Below are positions 62,105 through 64,000 of a stretch of DNA of 64,000 bases, piece by piece. The translations under genes were made by a program, and so were the position numbers. The notes beneath the pieces are model-generated. The model saw only the letters and a program-made list of their open reading frames with translations. It was not told the DNA's origin and did not search any database. Every line of letters starts with the position of its first letter. The first letter of the stretch is position 1. Origin of the DNA: Leptolyngbyaceae cyanobacterium (GTDB lineage: Bacteria; Cyanobacteriota; Cyanobacteriia; Phormidesmidales; Phormidesmidaceae); NCBI GenBank assembly GCA_965263355.1, contig CBDHHL010000056.1, forward strand, positions 2,048,001 to 2,112,000, written 5' to 3'.

Positions 62105-62689
62105 ATGTCCGCTCTAACCCTATATTCATCAAAGGAATATCTTGAGCTAGAAACCTCAGCAACATTTAAGAGTGAATATCATGATGGCAAATTGGTATCT
62201 ATGACGGGTGGATCAACCAATCATAATCAAATCATTATTAACCTGATTGCATTTTTGAAATTCAGCTTGAAGAGTAAGGGCTATCGGCAATTTGCAGGAG
62301 ACGTAAAATTATGGATACCTGCAGTGCGACGTTACACCTATCCAGATCTGATGATTGTGCAGGGAGGTCCTGTCTATCACGATAACCGGACAGATACGAT
62401 TGAAAACCCTACGGCCATCATTGAAGTTTTATCTAAGTCCACACAAGACTATGATCATGGCGATAAGTTCAGCGCCTATAGAACGATTGCCACATTTCAA
62501 GAGTATGTATTGGTTAATCAGTACAAACAACAGATTGAACACTACGTCAAAACTGCTGAGAAACGCTGGTCTTTTCGGGAATATGATGCCAATGATCAGC
62601 AGTTGTCATTAGAAAAAGTACCGTTTGAAATCTTGTTAACTGATCTGTATGATGAGGTTGATTTTGCTCTAGAAAGTCCTGGAAACTGA
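62105..62689 (+). CDS. Uma2 family protein
   Basis: KSEYHDG, YTYPD, IIEVLSKST..YD.G.KF..YR, EYVLV. Confidence 0.92.
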   Translation: MSALTLYSSKEYLELETSATFKSEYHDGKLVSMTGGSTNHNQIIINLIAFLKFSLKSKGYRQFAGDVKLWIPAVRRYTYPDLMIVQGGPVYHDNRTDTIENPTAIIEVLSKSTQDYDHGDKFSAYRTIATFQEYVLVNQYKQQIEHYVKTAEKRWSFREYDANDQQLSLEKVPFEILLTDLYDEVDFALESPGN

Positions 62690-62803
62690 CACATTTTACT
62701 TTTCAGAATTTCAAGGAGAACGCTCCAAAGCTGCCATCCTGTTCAGGATTTATCGTTAAGGCTATGGTGCACAAATCGATGATCACAAATGCTCCCATGC
62801 TAG

Positions 62804-62913
62804 TGAGTGAACCTATAGGCTAGCTGGACTCAGAGAAGATAAACAACGCTGGCAATTTTTGCGGAAAGCGAACGAAAGCTGTCACAGGAGGCACGGTGGT
62901 TGGTGAAGTCATT
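62804..62913 (+). pseudogene. Degenerate copy of an internal recQ segment (61627-61736)
   Basis: Colinear similarity GTGAGTGAACC...GGTTGGTGAAGTCATT with indels and a stop. Confidence 0.8.
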
Positions 62914-62933
62914 TTCAAAATCTGATGAATTGC

Positions 62934-63188
62934 ATTGCCTATAGCTTGGATGCGCTGCTCTCCGGCATTTACATCTGGCTAGGCCCTATCAAACTCCGCA
63001 TTGGCGGTAGCCAACCAGAAGAAAACTATGCAGGCACTATTAGCAAAACTGGGCTCAAGCCGAGCAATTGCCTATAGCTTGGATGCGCTGCTCTCCGGCA
63101 TTTACATCTGGCTAGGCCCTATCAAACTCCGCATTGGCGGTAGCCAACCAGAAGAAAACTATGCAGGCACTATTAGCAAAACTGGGCT
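62934..63188. repeat. Perfect 122-bp direct duplication (62934-63055 / 63067-63188)
   Basis: Direct comparison of the two copies. Confidence 0.9.
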
Positions 63189-63343
63189 AGCGCTAGTGCT
63201 TCCAGACTATTGCATTTACAGCACTTACCAGGACAGCTATGATCCTTGATAAGGATAAACTGGATGGTATTGAACACATCACGGAAAAAACTCTGCCGGT
63301 TGAAAAATTTGCAAAGGCCTCTGGTTTACCCATGGGATTATTG

Positions 63344-64000
63344 TTATGACTGACTAGCATATAGCGCAGGCTTAATCGTCAGCACCTGCTGATGATAGTT
63401 TTTCAAGGTGGGCCGATGTCCCACACTAATAAACGTAATCTCCATATTCAGCAGCAACTGATAAAGATGCGCCTCATGCGCAATATCCAGCGCACTGGTG
63501 GCCTCATCCAAAATCACATAGTTAGGCCGATTCACCAATATACGAGCAAACGAAAGCCGTTGTTGTTCTCCTAACGACAACAGATCACTCCAATCTTGTT
63601 CAGTATCCAAGCCACCAAAGCGAAGGTGCAAACCAGATAACTTAACCTGTTCAAGGATATGTTCCAGATCATTATCAGTCAGTTGCTGAGTCAGATTAGG
63701 ATAATACAGCTGGTCTCGCAAGGTACCCAGAATCATATAGGGCTTCTGTGGCAAAAACAGAATTTGGTTTAGGGGAGGTCGAGAAATTTCTCCTTCACCA
63801 GAGTTCCATAACCCCGCCAATGTTCTCAACAGAGAACTCTTACCACAGCCACTTTCACCCATAATCAACAACCCCTGTCCCCTCTCTAAATTCAGCGACA
63901 AATCCTCAAACAGGGTAGTGTGATAGTTCGGTGTATGGAGGGTCAAATTGTTGATCACAACATTCTGACTATGGCTTACCTGCAAACTAGTTTCCTGCGG
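63344..64000 (-). CDS. ABC transporter ATPase domain (YddA/ABCD-like; runs off window end)
   Basis: GESGCGKSSL, FLPQKPY, LSLGEQQR, LDEATSALD, ISVGHR; frame open to window edge. Confidence 0.9.
   Translation of the reverse strand, partial: PQETSLQVSHSQNVVINNLTLHTPNYHTTLFEDLSLNLERGQGLLIMGESGCGKSSLLRTLAGLWNSGEGEISRPPLNQILFLPQKPYMILGTLRDQLYYPNLTQQLTDNDLEHILEQVKLSGLHLRFGGLDTEQDWSDLLSLGEQQRLSFARILVNRPNYVILDEATSALDIAHEAHLYQLLLNMEITFISVGHRPTLKNYHQQVLTIKPALYASQS

Noticed and set aside
62804..62913. DGR template/variable repeat pair with recQ
   Set aside because: Differences include indels and non-adenine changes, consistent with ordinary decay.
1..64000. tRNA/rRNA genes, transposases, integrases
   Set aside because: None recognised by eye; tRNAscan-SE and ISEScan would be needed to exclude them formally.

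Overview
A cyanobacterial chromosomal segment: split rpoB/rpoC1, psbY, many GCGATCGC HIP1 sites and multiple Uma2 genes. It looks most like a filamentous Leptolyngbyaceae-type genome (inference). Most of it is housekeeping (rpoC1-rpoB-tatD-rpsT, hisD, hslO, pdxA, grxC, rdgB, typA, mutY, dacB, prlC, mgtE, nusB-ftsY-holA, obgE, recQ), interrupted by small accessory patches. The standout is an AT-rich, HIP1-free defence-type island at about 33.0-37.4 kb. It holds an intact 913-aa N-terminal TIR / reverse transcriptase (YVDD) / long helical C-terminus fusion. This gene sits between the 5' stub of a type I RM hsdR and the 3' stub of hsdS, has a structured leader directly upstream, and is followed by toxin-antitoxin remnants. 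Other notable items: a Ser/Thr kinase with an apparently catalytically dead VanY-type domain beyond its membrane segment, a tandemly duplicated sRNA/micro-ORF unit, a DnaA-box-like cluster next to an AT-rich tract, a diverged non-coding duplication around a DUF2811 gene, an orphan 18-aa-repeat gene tail and several short duplications. All family assignments come from motif recognition by eye; no database searches were run.
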